A stretch of 63,974 nucleotides of DNA, filler included, from Catajapyx aquilonaris (lineage: Eukaryota): assembly GCA_000934665.2 (NCBI GenBank). It is 3 parts of 3 records of this genome, joined end to end, with 100 filler letters (N's around TTAATTAATTAA, not from the genome) between each part and the next. Parts side by side here need not be neighbours in the genome. Positions count along the whole stretch, not along the records: positions 21,589 to 43,061 come from KZ539464.1; positions 43,162 to 63,974 come from JYFJ02006183.1; 1 more part is not named here. One strand, written 5' to 3'. A program made the position numbers and the translations under genes. Below, in pieces: positions 35,311 through 45,733 of the stretch. How positions within the stretch are numbered: position 1 is the stretch's first letter; the number at the start of each line of letters is the position of its first letter. The notes under the pieces are model-generated. The model had not been told where the DNA came from. It did not search any database and saw only the letters and a list, made by a program, of their open reading frames with translations.

Positions 35311-38300
35311 ATGGAAGAGCAGTCGATTGTTAGCAAAGTATGATATGTGCCCGCCGTATCTCGGCCCGTATATGGCCCAAAGATGCTGCTGTTTCCTCCG
35401 CCGTTTTGTCTAGTTTATTCCTAACTGAGTAACTGGTAAGTGGTAGGGTCCTTTCCGCGTCATATTTTATTAGCATACGCCTATATGATGCCCAAGAAGG
35501 TACCCAGCGCGAAAACAGCACCAAAATCTCTACCTTGGGGTAGGAGAAAAATTTGGAGAAAAAAGGACCCGCCATTGAGGCGCCAAAATTGCCTACCAAA
35601 TGCATACGCTGGTATTGAGTTATTAGCTCTTGGTGGTATAGGGTGGTTACGCCCAGGATCCCCGCTATGCCCGCGGTGTACAGTCTAAATAAAAGAATGA
35701 GCTCAATAATTTAGAACATTTATTCGTCCTTATGTGTGAAGTGAAGAGATATATCAATAAAAGCCCAGGTAGCACAAAAAGTTGGGCCAATAATCCAATA
35801 TTGGAGCCAATATTGGCCCAATATCTTAGATATTGGGCCAACATTCGTCCAATATTGGCCCAACTTTTTGTGCTACCTGGGAGTGGAGTTTCAAAAAAAT
35901 CCCAACGTTCATCTATATGTATAAACAATAGATATAGCCGCAATCAATTGCAAGTGTGACAGCTGGCAGGTCTTTATACATAGTTATATCTCAATTTCCT
36001 ACCAAACGTCAGATACTGGGGTTTTGGAATGGTGAGACCGTTTTCATTCTAGTCAACCAGATGCGTCCAATGCATATACAGACATCAGAGATCTCTAGGA
36101 AACTTCTGTAGGATATTACTATATCCAAGTGTATATCAAAATATAATACGTTTAACATATAAAAGGGAATGAACTCCCCCAGAAGAGAGCAGGCTAGGAA
36201 ATCATACGGCCTAAAGGGCACATTATTATTATCTGACTCTCGATCGTGCTACCAACTGGCGGAGAATCTTTACATTACACCACACGTATCATGGGAAACA
36301 TCCCCGATTCCCCGGTTGGCAAGGTCTTCAAGGGTTTATATCGGATGTGTATAATAGGCGTAAATTTCATTTACACTTCCTAATAACATGTAAACAGTAT
36401 ACTTTTAACCAACATATTAAACATATTTTCGCCACTTAGTGGTTGGGAAATCAAGGGACGAAATGGCTGAACAGTCACCCCCTCCGGTAAGATGAAGTTT
36501 TACATCTGAATCACACATTACTTTGTGATTTTGTCTGTTGTAATTGCCTTGTAATTGCGACTGTTGTTGCTGTCGTTATTATTACAATTTCGTTGCTAAC
36601 CATTATAGAGCATTAGGTTATGGGTGCTGACATGTTCAGTACCCATTCAGGGTGACTGAACAAAAATGTTATTAATCTTCACCTAGAACTCTAATGTAAT
36701 GTCAACATACTCTTGCGTCCATGGCAAATTGATTTGTATGTAACTATTAGGGATTCAGTACTCAGGTGATTTGGTACTGATGCTGTGTTATGCTTCATTC
36801 TTAACCTATCGGTAACAAGGTGTAAAGCATCCTCATAGTGTGAAGCGTTCATGAAATTGCCTGAGTCCTGTTGTAACCAGCCCAAGCCTGAGATTAGGAA
36901 TGTTTCCTTTATGAGCGCAATATATTTACAGCGTGATGAGGAACGTGAAGCCTTGGTGGACGAGCGGATACGTCAAATGAAGGCGAAGAGTGAAGCACTT
37001 CTTCGAAGACACAGGGAAGTTGAGGCGGACAGACAAAATGCAGATGCCCTCAGCAAAACAGCAAAACCGACAATTGAAACTGAGGGAGGAGGAGAAAGGC
37101 GAAGAAGTCACCGGCAATTGGGAGGGAGGAAGGAGAGAGAGATACGAACGAGTGTGAGTAGCTGCGAAGCAGATGACAAAGGAATCAAGACTGACGTAAG
37201 GTCGCAGCAAAGGTCACAGAGACTAGCAGAGGTAAGTCAATTTCTTGCAAAGCTTTCACTTCATATTATCCATACCATGAAAGCCAAGTACACCACTACT
37301 CTGCAAGGGTTCCTAGGTTGGAGGAGCTAAGGTGACTGTAAGAATGCCACGTACCATGGGCAAATTTATCTGCGTCTCTAGAGGGTTGAAATATGCGGCG
37401 AAGCCCTATTGTGGATGCCCACCATGCATTCCATCACTACTGATCTTACTGTGACCTTCAAATCGAGAATATAATTCTCATGGGGGAGCTATACCAGTGA
37501 TATACATTGCATTTCAACAAGGAAAGCCTGCATAGTGATGGTACAAAAGCAGGGATAACACAAACTCTGTCTGACCTGACGGTATTGTTATTTATAGGGC
37601 AGTATAGTATGTAATTTCATTTCCCTTGTGATGCTAAGTGGGCAGAGCTCATTCCCCTGCCTTTTCATATCCAAGAAACATGATTTTTTTTGTAAACATA
37701 ATTATGTAATAAACAAAAGTTGCATGGTCATGGAAAAGCTCCTTGTTCATTTTTCAGTATTCAGGAAATCCTGAGAAGACAAACTCACACATAAGAAGAA
37801 AACTGACATGACTGAGGACGACTAATTCCTTATCCATAGAATAGGGACATTCTAGGCTTTTGATTGGACCCTATATCCCTCCATCCCAGCCCCCCGCAAC
37901 TCCCACGATACGGTAGTGTAATGAAAGAGCCTGGAATTTCCTGCCCATAGGCATCTTACGATTTGGGCGGACGCCTGCAACCCGAACCTTCCTTTCCCCA
38001 CCAGCTCGGTCTGGAGGACATCTGCAGATTGCAAGTCAGCCACCTGAATTGTTAGATGCCTGTGGGGTTGCGCCAGCGCCAAATTCCAGGCTGGCTGGGA
38101 CTTTTATATTAAACTACAGTCACCATAGGGCTAAGTTGGGAGTTGTGGGGGTCTGCCCCATCCATTATACATTAACACACAATTTGATCTCCCTAATAGC
38201 CCACAAGTACAGCTACAATCATCCAAATTTGGCCTGCCGCTGTGTGACATTTGAGAGTGGGGCTTAGTTCAAGTAGTGCATAAGTTTCATTTCATTTTTT

Positions 38301-39579
38301 ATAGAACAAAGCATGTTTTCGATATCTGTGACAGCACATTTCAAATAGCTTATTGGAAGAGATAATGATATCAAGTAAGGGAGACGGAGTGGCGCCGCGG
38401 TAACGTGCGCGCCCACAGATGTTAAGGTCCCGGGTTCGATCCCAGCCCGGGGACACCCCCTTCATCTCGTGCAGAGTTCAGGGTCACCTCTGGCTTCGTC
38501 TCGGGTGGTATATCCTACAGACTAAACCACCCGGGGGAGTTCACTAAAAATGGCCACAGCGTCAGATTCACTGCACTTTGCACATCCCCTCCTGTCATCC
38601 TGCCCATGGGCCCGGGCGCTTCAAAAATAGGATTCCCAAAAATTGTATACCATCGAAATAAAGGTCTGGCAGAAGGCCCCTCTGGGGCTAGCCGAATACC
38701 CAATCAATTATTATCAATTATTATTATTAATGATATCAAGTTAAACCAAGAGTTAAACTTTAAAGGGTACTTTTCCATTAACTGCATGCCAGTAGTACAG
38801 TCTAACAACAACAAAAAGGGGGTCATTACACAAACAATCAACTACAGGTGTTTCACTAATGGAAAAGTACCCTGAAAATATTGGAGTGTACTTCATGACT
38901 ATGCCACAGATTTGAAGTGTTATAAAATTGCTGATTATTTAATGATACTCTTTGAAGGGAGACTGCCCTCCTCCCGATCCAGTTTTTAATTTCCTGGCTG
39001 ATGACACCCGTGATGAACCTAGAGAGAGTGCCCCTCGTGAAAGCTCACAGCCCAGGGGTAGACCCAGGGGCAGCCCCTGGGTTAGAGGCGGAGGCAGTGG
39101 AGGATCGCATGGGTCAGATCGGGTAAGCCTATTTATGCCATCCCATTGAATTCCTTTAAAACATGGTTTAAAAATTACAGTGGGAGCGTGGTGGAAGGCA
39201 ACGTAGGGACTTCAACACGTGGAGTGGAGAGAGACAAGGGTAAGGATTGATGCAAAAGATGATCATAATGTTTCACTACTTTAACCTCTAACACTACTTT
39301 TATAATGAATTCTTTAAAAACTGGCAGATTAAGCTTGGAAATATGTGCATTTGAAAGGTTACTTGTTTGGCCTTTCATACTGTACAGTATATAGATCTCC
39401 AAGCCAGGCTAACAATTTTCTTATGCTTTGAAGGGCTGAAGAGGATGGAACTGGAGGGTGGGAGAATGGATGGAGATCTCGTGGGAACAACAGGAGGTCC
39501 TATGGAAGAGGAACTAGACCTCAGGGAAGGGGACAACAGTGGGGGAGGAGCCATGCACCTGAGGAGCCAACTGCAGAAG
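35311..39579 (+). CDS. CCDC9: CCDC9-like coiled-coil protein, 5' exons (3' end unresolved)
   Basis: Phase-compatible exons 35311-35337, 36932-37231, 38958-39122, 39181-39239 and 39434-39579. EEREALVDERIRQMKAKSEALLRRHREVEADRQNA matches recalled human EEKDAELDKRIEALRRKNEALIRRYQEIEEDRKKA; PDPVFNFLADD matches PNPVRNFLDD. Further exons are possible at about 39711-39982 and 41924-42015. Confidence 0.75.
35764..35881. mobile_element. CACTA/EnSpm-like (CCC-ended) 118-bp MITE
   Basis: AG|CCCAGGTAGCACAAAAAGTTGGGCCAATA ... TATTGGCCCAACTTTTTGTGCTACCTGGG|AG; 2-bp TSD; internal CCAATATTGG repeats. Confidence 0.85.
37890..38152. mobile_element. Degenerate palindromic MITE
   Basis: Nested inverted blocks CCCCGCAACTCCCA/TGGGAGTTGTGGGG, AGCCTGGAATTT/AAATTCCAGGCT and CCCATAGGCATCT/AGATGCCTGTGGG. 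Confidence 0.6.
38377..38727 (+). mobile_element. tRNA-derived SINE (family A, copy 1)
   Basis: A/B boxes (TGGCGCCGCGG, GGTTCGATCCC), (ATT)n tail, 14-bp TSD TAATGATATCAAGT (38363-38376, 38728-38741). Confidence 0.9.
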
Positions 39580-40542
39580 GTCATTATATTTTTGAGTCTT
39601 TCCCAAGTCACTAATTTCAAAGTCAACTGTCAACGGTCACGAGCAATTTAGGAAGGCACATGCCAACAAAAATCTCTATTGGCCCTTTTCCCACCAGTTC
39701 TTTTGACCAGAAATACTTGTCTTGAAAAAACAAAGCCAGGCATTATCTAGCATAAACCATACAGGACAATTCAAACATGTTGGTGAGGACTTTCCCATGT
39801 GGGAGAAAGATCTGGGCTCACTTAACTCCACGAATGTAACAGAAGAAACCATTTCAAACCTGTCCCCTGGAGCTAGACAACCTTGTAGACCTGCTTACCT
39901 GATGTTTTTTCTCCCTCAGAAGTTTCCTGGGAAATACCATCCTCCTCTCAGAAGGATTAACATTTCAGCTGACCTGCAATGATTATTTTAGGGTCACTCA
40001 CAATAGTGGTACCAAAATTTTGTGATTAGATCATGTCTTTGCATTAGTAGTTGAGGTGACAATATCAACTGGTGACAATAAAGTACCGTACACTGTGGTC
40101 AGGAAATATGTGTGATATGTGAATGGCCCTTATGAAGCGAGTTTTATGCATAGGCTACTACAATAAATTAAAAGTGTCATTGGATGCATAATATTATGAC
40201 ACTGCTTGACTAGGGAGCATTGACTAGGTGTGCATTAGTCATGGACAATTCTCTCTGCACACCACTGCAGGCAATCAGATTGAGTGGGGATGACACTTGT
40301 GTAGGCATGACTGGCAGCCTTATCCCTCGCTTTATTTTTTGCGTATTTGAAAGTCATTTGGAGATACTGCTTAGTAAAAATGCTAATATTTAAACATAGT
40401 CAAGAAAACTGTGGGACTTCTATTTAAAATGTAATTTAAAATGTTGCTCTCAGATGCAAATTAGAAAACTGTTTTCAAACACTCAAATTTTGTGCTGGTT
40501 CTTGCTAATCAACTCCTACCAAATATGGTCAAAGTTGTTATA

Positions 40543-40966
40543 CAGGGTGATTCCGTTAACTTTGGCAAAAATCACAGGATGGGTAGAGGCCCCACAGGCA
40601 AGTATTTTTAGCTTCGGTACCCTTGTCCGGAAATGCCCCCGTACGGGGGTTCAGCCGTTTCCACCTTTAGTATGTTGCGCCTGGTGGGTAGGCAACCCAT
40701 CGTACTCGAAGGTTGTGTTCATCAGGTTTTGCACTTGACACTAGCAATTGTTTTCACCTTCATCTCCTCCACATGCGACACACCTGATGAACGCAAGTTT
40801 CGAGTACGGTGGGTTGCCTACCCACCAGGCGCAACAGACCAAAGGTGGAAACGGCGGTACCCCCGTACGGGAGCATTTCCGGACATGGGTACCGAAGCTC
40901 AAAATACTCGCCTATGGGGCCTCTACCCACCCTGTGATTTTAGCCGATGTTAACTGAATCACCCTG
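40543..40966. mobile_element. Palindromic Tc1-type MITE
   Basis: TA|CAGGGTGATTCCGTTAAC ... GTTAACTGAATCACCCTG|TA; arms of about 185 bp. Confidence 0.9.
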
Positions 40967-41168
40967 TATTTATTTTTGAGTGGTTCACATATTCTTTTGC
41001 ACCCTGCTAATTCAATTATTACCCGTAAATTATTTAATGTGTCGGTTGTTCCCATCTTTGGTTTGTGCAAGTGCCCCCAAACAAATTAACAAAAATTGTT
41101 GCAGAATCTGTACAAATCACATTCCGGTGGAAAAAGCATTCTGGAAGGTTCATGGAAGTATACCTTAA

Positions 41169-41582
41169 AGGGACACTCCACTCAAAAAACAGGTTTGGCT
41201 CTAAGAATCGGGCAAGAAATCCTGAATCCGAAGGTGCAATCCGTTTTTCGCTACGCGGAACGGTAATCCCAGGGCGAGGGGTCAAAGTGGGGAAATTCAA
41301 ATAGTGCACTAGAAGCTGGCTGTCCGCCAGCAACGCCCTCGGGACCTTGGGAACTGGAGGGCTGCTCCCGCCTGCCCGCGCACTCAGGCCCATCCCAGAG
41401 TGGTGCAGCCCTCCAGCTACCCTGTTCCCCGCATGGCGGCGCCGCTCATTAGCATACGACACACTTTGACACCTCGCCCTGGGATTACCGTTCCGCGTAG
41501 CGAAAAACGAATTGCACCGGCGGATTCTGGATTTTTTGCCCGATATTTGGAGCCAAACTTGTTTTTTGAGTGGATTGTCCCT
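41169..41582. mobile_element. Kolobok-like palindromic MITE
   Basis: TTAA|AGGGACACTCCACTCAAAAAACA ... TGTTTTTTGAGTGGATTGTCCCT|TTAA. Confidence 0.85.
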
Positions 41583-41742
41583 TTAAGGCAGTAAAACAAG
41601 AACCTCATGCAAGTTGCATGCCTTTACACCTCTCCCAGACCTTCATAAAAAGTCTCAAGGCAAAATGGAAAGCTGCCCTACTGCAACTGGGGTCAAGTTT
41701 TGCTTCTCTGACTCCATTACACTTCTGCAGGTGGACAAGATT

Positions 41743-41868
41743 ATAGATCGGTCAATATATGAATGCAACCGAGTGGCCAATTTTATTACAGGAAGGAATA
41801 CAGTTTGTAATAAAATTCCTGTAATAAAATTGGCCACTCGGTGGCGTTCGTATAGTGACCGATCTATA
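41743..41868. mobile_element. Short palindromic MITE
   Basis: ATAGATCGGTCA...CCGAGTGGCCAATTTTATTACAGGAA mirrored by TTCCTGTAATAAAATTGGCCACTCGG...TGACCGATCTAT. Confidence 0.75.
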
Positions 41869-42037
41869 GTAACAGTCAACCTTAATGCACATTACAATTA
41901 CTGCTATTTTCATAAGATAACAGAATTGGTGTGACAGTGAAAGCACCATTAACACCAATGATGTTGCAAGTGTTAGTGGTGAAGCAGAAAGTAAAAAGTC
42001 AATTTTTGAAGCCAGGTGATATAGAAGCACTAAAGTA

Positions 42038-42472
42038 TAGGGTGAGGAAGTTTATCGTACCGTCAGTTTGGGAAATGATAGAGGGGTACTAGGCGATAAT
42101 TTTAAATATAGGCAGCATGGGTCTCCACACCATAGTTACTGAGATAATTAGCATAAAATAAAAAGTGCATTATAGCATCATCTATGTCACGGGCACAGCT
42201 TGCGACATTTCCATCGCCTAGGGCATTCCCTGCTACACCTAATGGGATCGTAAATTAATATTAAATCACATGGTAACACCTTAAATTTTAATGGAAAAGG
42301 TAAGGTCATGTGGAGGTAATGCATATGTGCTAGGATATTTTATACCTTGTGTTTGAAGTCCATTATCTTGGCAACTATGCTGCGGACTCCCATGATGCCT
42401 GTTCTTAAAATGATCGCCTAGGACCCCTCTATCATTTCCCAAAGTGATGGCACGATAAACTTCCTTGCCCTG
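42038..42472. mobile_element. Palindromic Tc1-type MITE
   Basis: AGGAAGTTTATCGT...TTTGGGAAATGATAGAGGGGT mirrored at about 42420-42466. Confidence 0.8.
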
Positions 42473-43061
42473 TGGATTGATTTTGTCTTGATCTCGCACC
42501 ATTTTTAGTGGAAATATATTTTGTCTAATAATGTAAGGTGAAAAAGTGACATTCAGTTTTGCCAGATCGACTCTTGTTTTGCAGAATTATTCATTTGAAA
42601 TTGGCAGTTTTGCAAATGTTTCCAAATTAAAAATCTCCGTAGGGGGTGCCAGGAAGCTCAGATAATTTTTGTTTAAATTGTTATGGCAGTGGTAGAGGGT
42701 GGCTGATAAGAGTTGCCAGTATTGTTCCTTAAATGTGGAATCAATGGAATTAATATGGCCAACCTCATGGTTTTCCATTGTAATGCCCCATTTGAAGAGG
42801 ACTTAACTTGTGTAATTAGTGTTGCAAAATTGTTTATTTTATTAAACATCCCTTTTAGGGTTGGGAGCACCAAACTCAATGGAACAGTGTTGGTCATATA
42901 TCGAGGCAACCGCCAGCGACATTTTTCCGAAGCGGCAGAAGAAGGAATCTTGTTCGTCTGGCTTGTACTTGCCCAACTGCATGGTAATTCGCTCACCCTG
43001 AACATTTGCACCATAGATGAGCAGAAACCCACCAATGCGCGAAATTATTGAAGATACAATG

Positions 43062-43161
43062 NNNNNNNNNNNNNNNNNNNNNNNNNNNNNNNNNNNNNNN
43101 NNNNNTTAATTAATTAANNNNNNNNNNNNNNNNNNNNNNNNNNNNNNNNNNNNNNNNNNNN
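43062..43161. other. Artificial scaffold spacer
   Basis: 44 N + TTAATTAATTAA + 44 N = 100 bp. Confidence 0.95.
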
Positions 43162-44117
43162 ATGTTTTATTCGGGTCTTTTACTTAGCCCCCCTAGTGAA
43201 ACACGTCCAACTCGGTCAGCCATCTTGTCTGGAGTCCCCCTTTATTTCCAACCTTGTATGTAATGACATACAGTACTAGCAACAGTCATAGCCTACCTTT
43301 CAGTTGAAGCTCCTGCTGGTAAAACAGAACATCCTAGCTTCCTGTTGCTAACTGAAGGAAGAATTATTCTTGGCTTTTGGTCTTATCTGAGCCTCCGGAA
43401 GTTCTTTCCTAAAGCGGCTTCCAGGTGAAATCGTGAAACTTTCACTGTTAGCTCCTGCCAAATTAAATATTCACCTGTTCCATTTTAGCTCTAGTGAAGA
43501 AATGAATATTTCATCTTGCTCGAGAGGTGCAATTTGCGACAACCCTGAGATATTGGTCTCTACCTAATCTACGATATTGTGGGGAGAGATACATCCTTTT
43601 TTTTGCAATGATAAGACGTCTCAGGATGAATAGAACCTTTTTTTAAAACTTACTAGCTTCAAAAGTGAGATAAAAGCAGGCCAAACCAACCTAAGTACTT
43701 TGTGTTTATTTGCAGATGTGCTCCTGGCGCCGCGGTTATTTCCAGGTTTCTAATCGAGCTTGTGGTTGCCACACCAGACTTGGTTTCTTCCGTCTTATCT
43801 GGTACGAGGTGCGCCCAAGATTTGAACGAGGTCGTGACACCGACCTCAAGACATATCTGGATGAGAAACATTTAAAAAAAGGTACTGACCTTTTTTTCTA
43901 CCCCCTGTATTGTTATGGTAATTAGTGCCTATTATATTTCCGGCACGTGGTAAAAGATCCTCGGCCGCAATTTCTATTTTGAACCATTTGATATAACTGA
44001 CCATCTCTTGTCACCATTGTAGTGGAGAAAACTTGGGTTTCCTATCTCGATACAATTAATCCCCGTTTGATTTTATTCAATAAAATATTGGTTTAACAAT
44101 CCATATCTGCCGTCCAA

Positions 44118-44245
44118 ATCCTAGTTTCAGAACTAGTAAGGGTGAAAGTCGTGTGCTTGCCCTGCACTAATCCCTCCTGGGTCAAGGGGGATTAGTGCAG
44201 GGCACCCACGCGACTTTCACCCTTACTAGTTTTTGAAGTTAGGAT
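44118..44245. repeat. Hairpin of about 128 bp (probable mini-MITE)
   Basis: AACTAGTAAGGGTGAAAGTCG..GCCCTGCACTAATCCC / GGGATTAGTGCAGGGC..CGACTTTCACCCTTACTAGTT. Confidence 0.8.
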
Positions 44246-45733
44246 GTTTCTCCTTGTGATAGCCAGACACAACCTTATCCCTTCATAAGCATCCATCACA
44301 CCAGATGATAAAGTCCGACCGCGAGTCATGTACGGTATTTCGTATCAGCAAAAAAGTAACGGAAAACACTATGCAATGTGGACAAAAATTCTTGGAAGAA
44401 GACTAATCTAATCAATTTGGTACTTTGTTCAATTCTGCCACACCTTGATAGTTAGTGACCCCATGACACTATACTTACAACAATAATTATTTTCACCTAT
44501 TTCAAACCTCGCCACAGCCACCTTACAACATGGCCTGCACCAAAATGATGCAATTGCTCCTGTGATTGGATCTCTCTAGCAGTTTCCGATCCGCGTGATG
44601 TTGCCATCGATTCAGCGCAGGTTTCGAATAGAACTAGTCTGATGCAAGGTCCGGAAAAAAGGGGGGGCATAAGGTGGGTGCAGAAAAGGGCGGGGGGTCG
44701 CAACGATGAAAGGAGACGTCTGAATGCCGCATTTAACCCAACTCAGCTTGTGGTTCGTGGCAGGTATTGATGTGAGGTTTCGTATAGAAAAGGGGCTTGC
44801 AAAAGAATTATCTTGGGTTGTGAGGCCAATCAAAGTGAGGCTTTATAGGAAACGAGCAGCTGGAAAATCCACATAAAGAGTAATGGATCCATTTGAGAGT
44901 AAGTTCTAAAAGGTCAGGATGGTCATTAGTAATGGTCAACTGCTTGATTTCCCAGGAGCTATTTCTGAAGAAGTGCGACCTGCTATGTTGTGTAAAAGGT
45001 ATAACATTTTGTCAGATTAACTACAACTTTAAAACACAGTGTGATATATAGGACGACAATTTATTTATCATAAATAATCGTTTCAGACAACATTGTCACA
45101 ACATCCATATATACTAGGTTGCTTCATATTTTCCACTGCACTGGTTTTACGAGCCCATCATCAGAAGCGCTGTACATCTAGTTCTATTAGCTATTATCGA
45201 CTTTTACAACGGGCGGCTTGGTAGTGGTCCTCTTGGAAAAGTTACCATTGCAGTGCAACTTGGTGCAAAACATGAACCTGATGCACACCCAATATAGCAT
45301 TTTTCATTTGTATTTTAGACTAGATTTCGTATAGTTTATTAATGTCTGAATTTGATAAGAACACGCCATATGGAAGAATGACGTCAACTGACAGTGATGG
45401 CTGTTTGAAAAAGTATGAACAATTTGCGATGCAAAAGGACTAACCGTCTAGGTGATAGGGAGGTGCACAAATATCCTCGAGTCCTTTTTTTGACATTATT
45501 TCTAGAGATTGGCACTAGATAAGTAAGGGCGTACCCAGCCTAATTTACAAGTCTTATCGATGTTCTCCAGCTCAGACAGGAATTGCCCTTCCCACGAGCC
45601 AACAACCACTCTCATTAAATTTTTTTAATATGCAAAAATTCAGCCAAAGAAACTTTTGTGTATATATGGGGAGAGAGTGGATTGGATAGTAGATGTACAC
45701 ATACACGTAGCGTACATACAAGTGTCAAAAATG

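Noticed and set aside
43275..43885. Exon-like segments with splice signals on both strands
   Set aside because: No sustained reading frame or recognisable motif; could be UTR exons of a gene outside the scaffold.
45075..45170. Hammerhead-ribozyme-like fragments (CTGATGA, GAAAC) on the minus strand
   Set aside because: The core motifs are not joined by a convincing stem II; a covariance-model search would be needed.
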